In this document: positions 63,075-64,000 of the stretch, piece after piece
How positions within the stretch are numbered: the stretch's first letter is position 1
Layout: every line of letters starts with the position of its first letter
NCBI GenBank assembly: GCA_051942205.1
Contig: JAVECO010000013.1
Location: 124,001 to 188,000, forward strand
Length of the DNA: 64,000 bases
Direction of reading: 5' to 3'
From: Coniocarpon cinnabarinum
Lineage: Eukaryota
Made by a program: the position numbers and the translations under genes
The notes under the pieces: generated by a model
What the model was told of the DNA's origin: nothing
Databases searched by the model: none
Seen by the model: the letters and a program-made list of their open reading frames with translations, nothing else

Positions 63075-64000
63075 TCTTGTCTCTCAACGCGATTAAAGGG
63101 CTTTACTCCATCCCAAAAAGCTACCGAATCATCTCAGAGATCAGAGACGTCGGAGACGTGGGCATGGATGTTGCAAATCATGACTTGCTGTCGGAATCTA
63201 GGACTGTGTGCGTTAATGGCGTCAGAGGTGTCAGAAGAGGACGCTTGGACTTGTGCAGCTTCTCCAGGCGATGATGGTGACATTGAGGCATGTAACTTTA
63301 TGACGAGATGAATTGGCGTAGAGAGAAGGAAGAGCTGCCTTTCCAGAGCCGATTTAGTGGGTGTAGACGACGCCGTTGATCTCTCATCTCTCATCTCGGT
63401 GCGAGCTCTGATGACGGAGCTGGGCGACGATGGCGGCCAAGACTTCATTCGACTATTGACGGCGCATGAAGGAGAAGCTGTTTCGTGGTAGCCGGTAACT
63501 CGTGGAGACACTTGCGCTTCAGTGAGACGCGAGAGGCACCCTAATGATCTGTCATGTCATGACAGGAAATAAGGCCAGTAATCCAGGATGTTGATAGATA
63601 AAGAGTCGGTAACAGATCACTGCCCTCACTATCATTCGCATATTGTCAACTTTGAGATCCCTACGATAATGATAGGCTTAGTAGGAACGAATAGACTGGA
63701 GTAGCGGCGGGAGTAGCATGATCGCACTCGCCAACGCTTGCGTGCAGTGCTCGAGGTTTCCACGGGAGCATTGAGTGGTCATAATAGCAGTAGAATGGAA
63801 CTTGCACCTCGCTAAACGGACACGATATTTGGCTCAGAGGCCGAAACTAAACGTCAAAGACGACGCTTGGGACAGACTGTAGTAGTAGACACTAATAAGA
63901 ATAGAGGAGCTGATCATTAAAAGTGCAAGTCAAGGTAAGACGATTTCCACGACGCGAGAATGCGATGCATAAAGAATAATCGCAGTTCTAGACTTCTTCC

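Overview
Gene-dense eukaryotic DNA from a filamentous ascomycete (Pezizomycotina-type GT-AG introns with CTRAC branch sites; a finer taxon cannot be assigned from sequence alone). Two blocks of conserved housekeeping genes (vWA/RfeF-like, DUF676-like hydrolase, eIF1A, Tea4/Bud14-like SH3, Nnk1-like kinase, CDC48, CSL4, VAC8; then Slx5-like RING, PRP19, STE50, Sus1-like, CHS7) are separated and flanked by three accessory regions. (1) 1-11 kb: a stop-riddled coding relic, a GH11 xylanase with a long Ser/Ala/Pro and His-rich tail, two paralogous spliced 8-Cys secreted miniproteins, a minisatellite and an RTA1-like gene. (2) About 32.8-45.4 kb, between VAC8 and the RING gene: about seven highly diverged paralogs of a domain I do not recognise (one with ACG in place of ATG, one broken by a single TGA), together with a spliced CS-alpha-beta defensin-like prepropeptide. 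This island is the best candidate for an undescribed system. (3) 60-63 kb: a divergent CK1-like kinase head-to-head with a PD-(D/E)xK-like gene that needs a GC-AG intron. No rRNA, tRNA or CRISPR array was recognised. All exon structures were assembled by eye and family names come from motif recall, not database searches.
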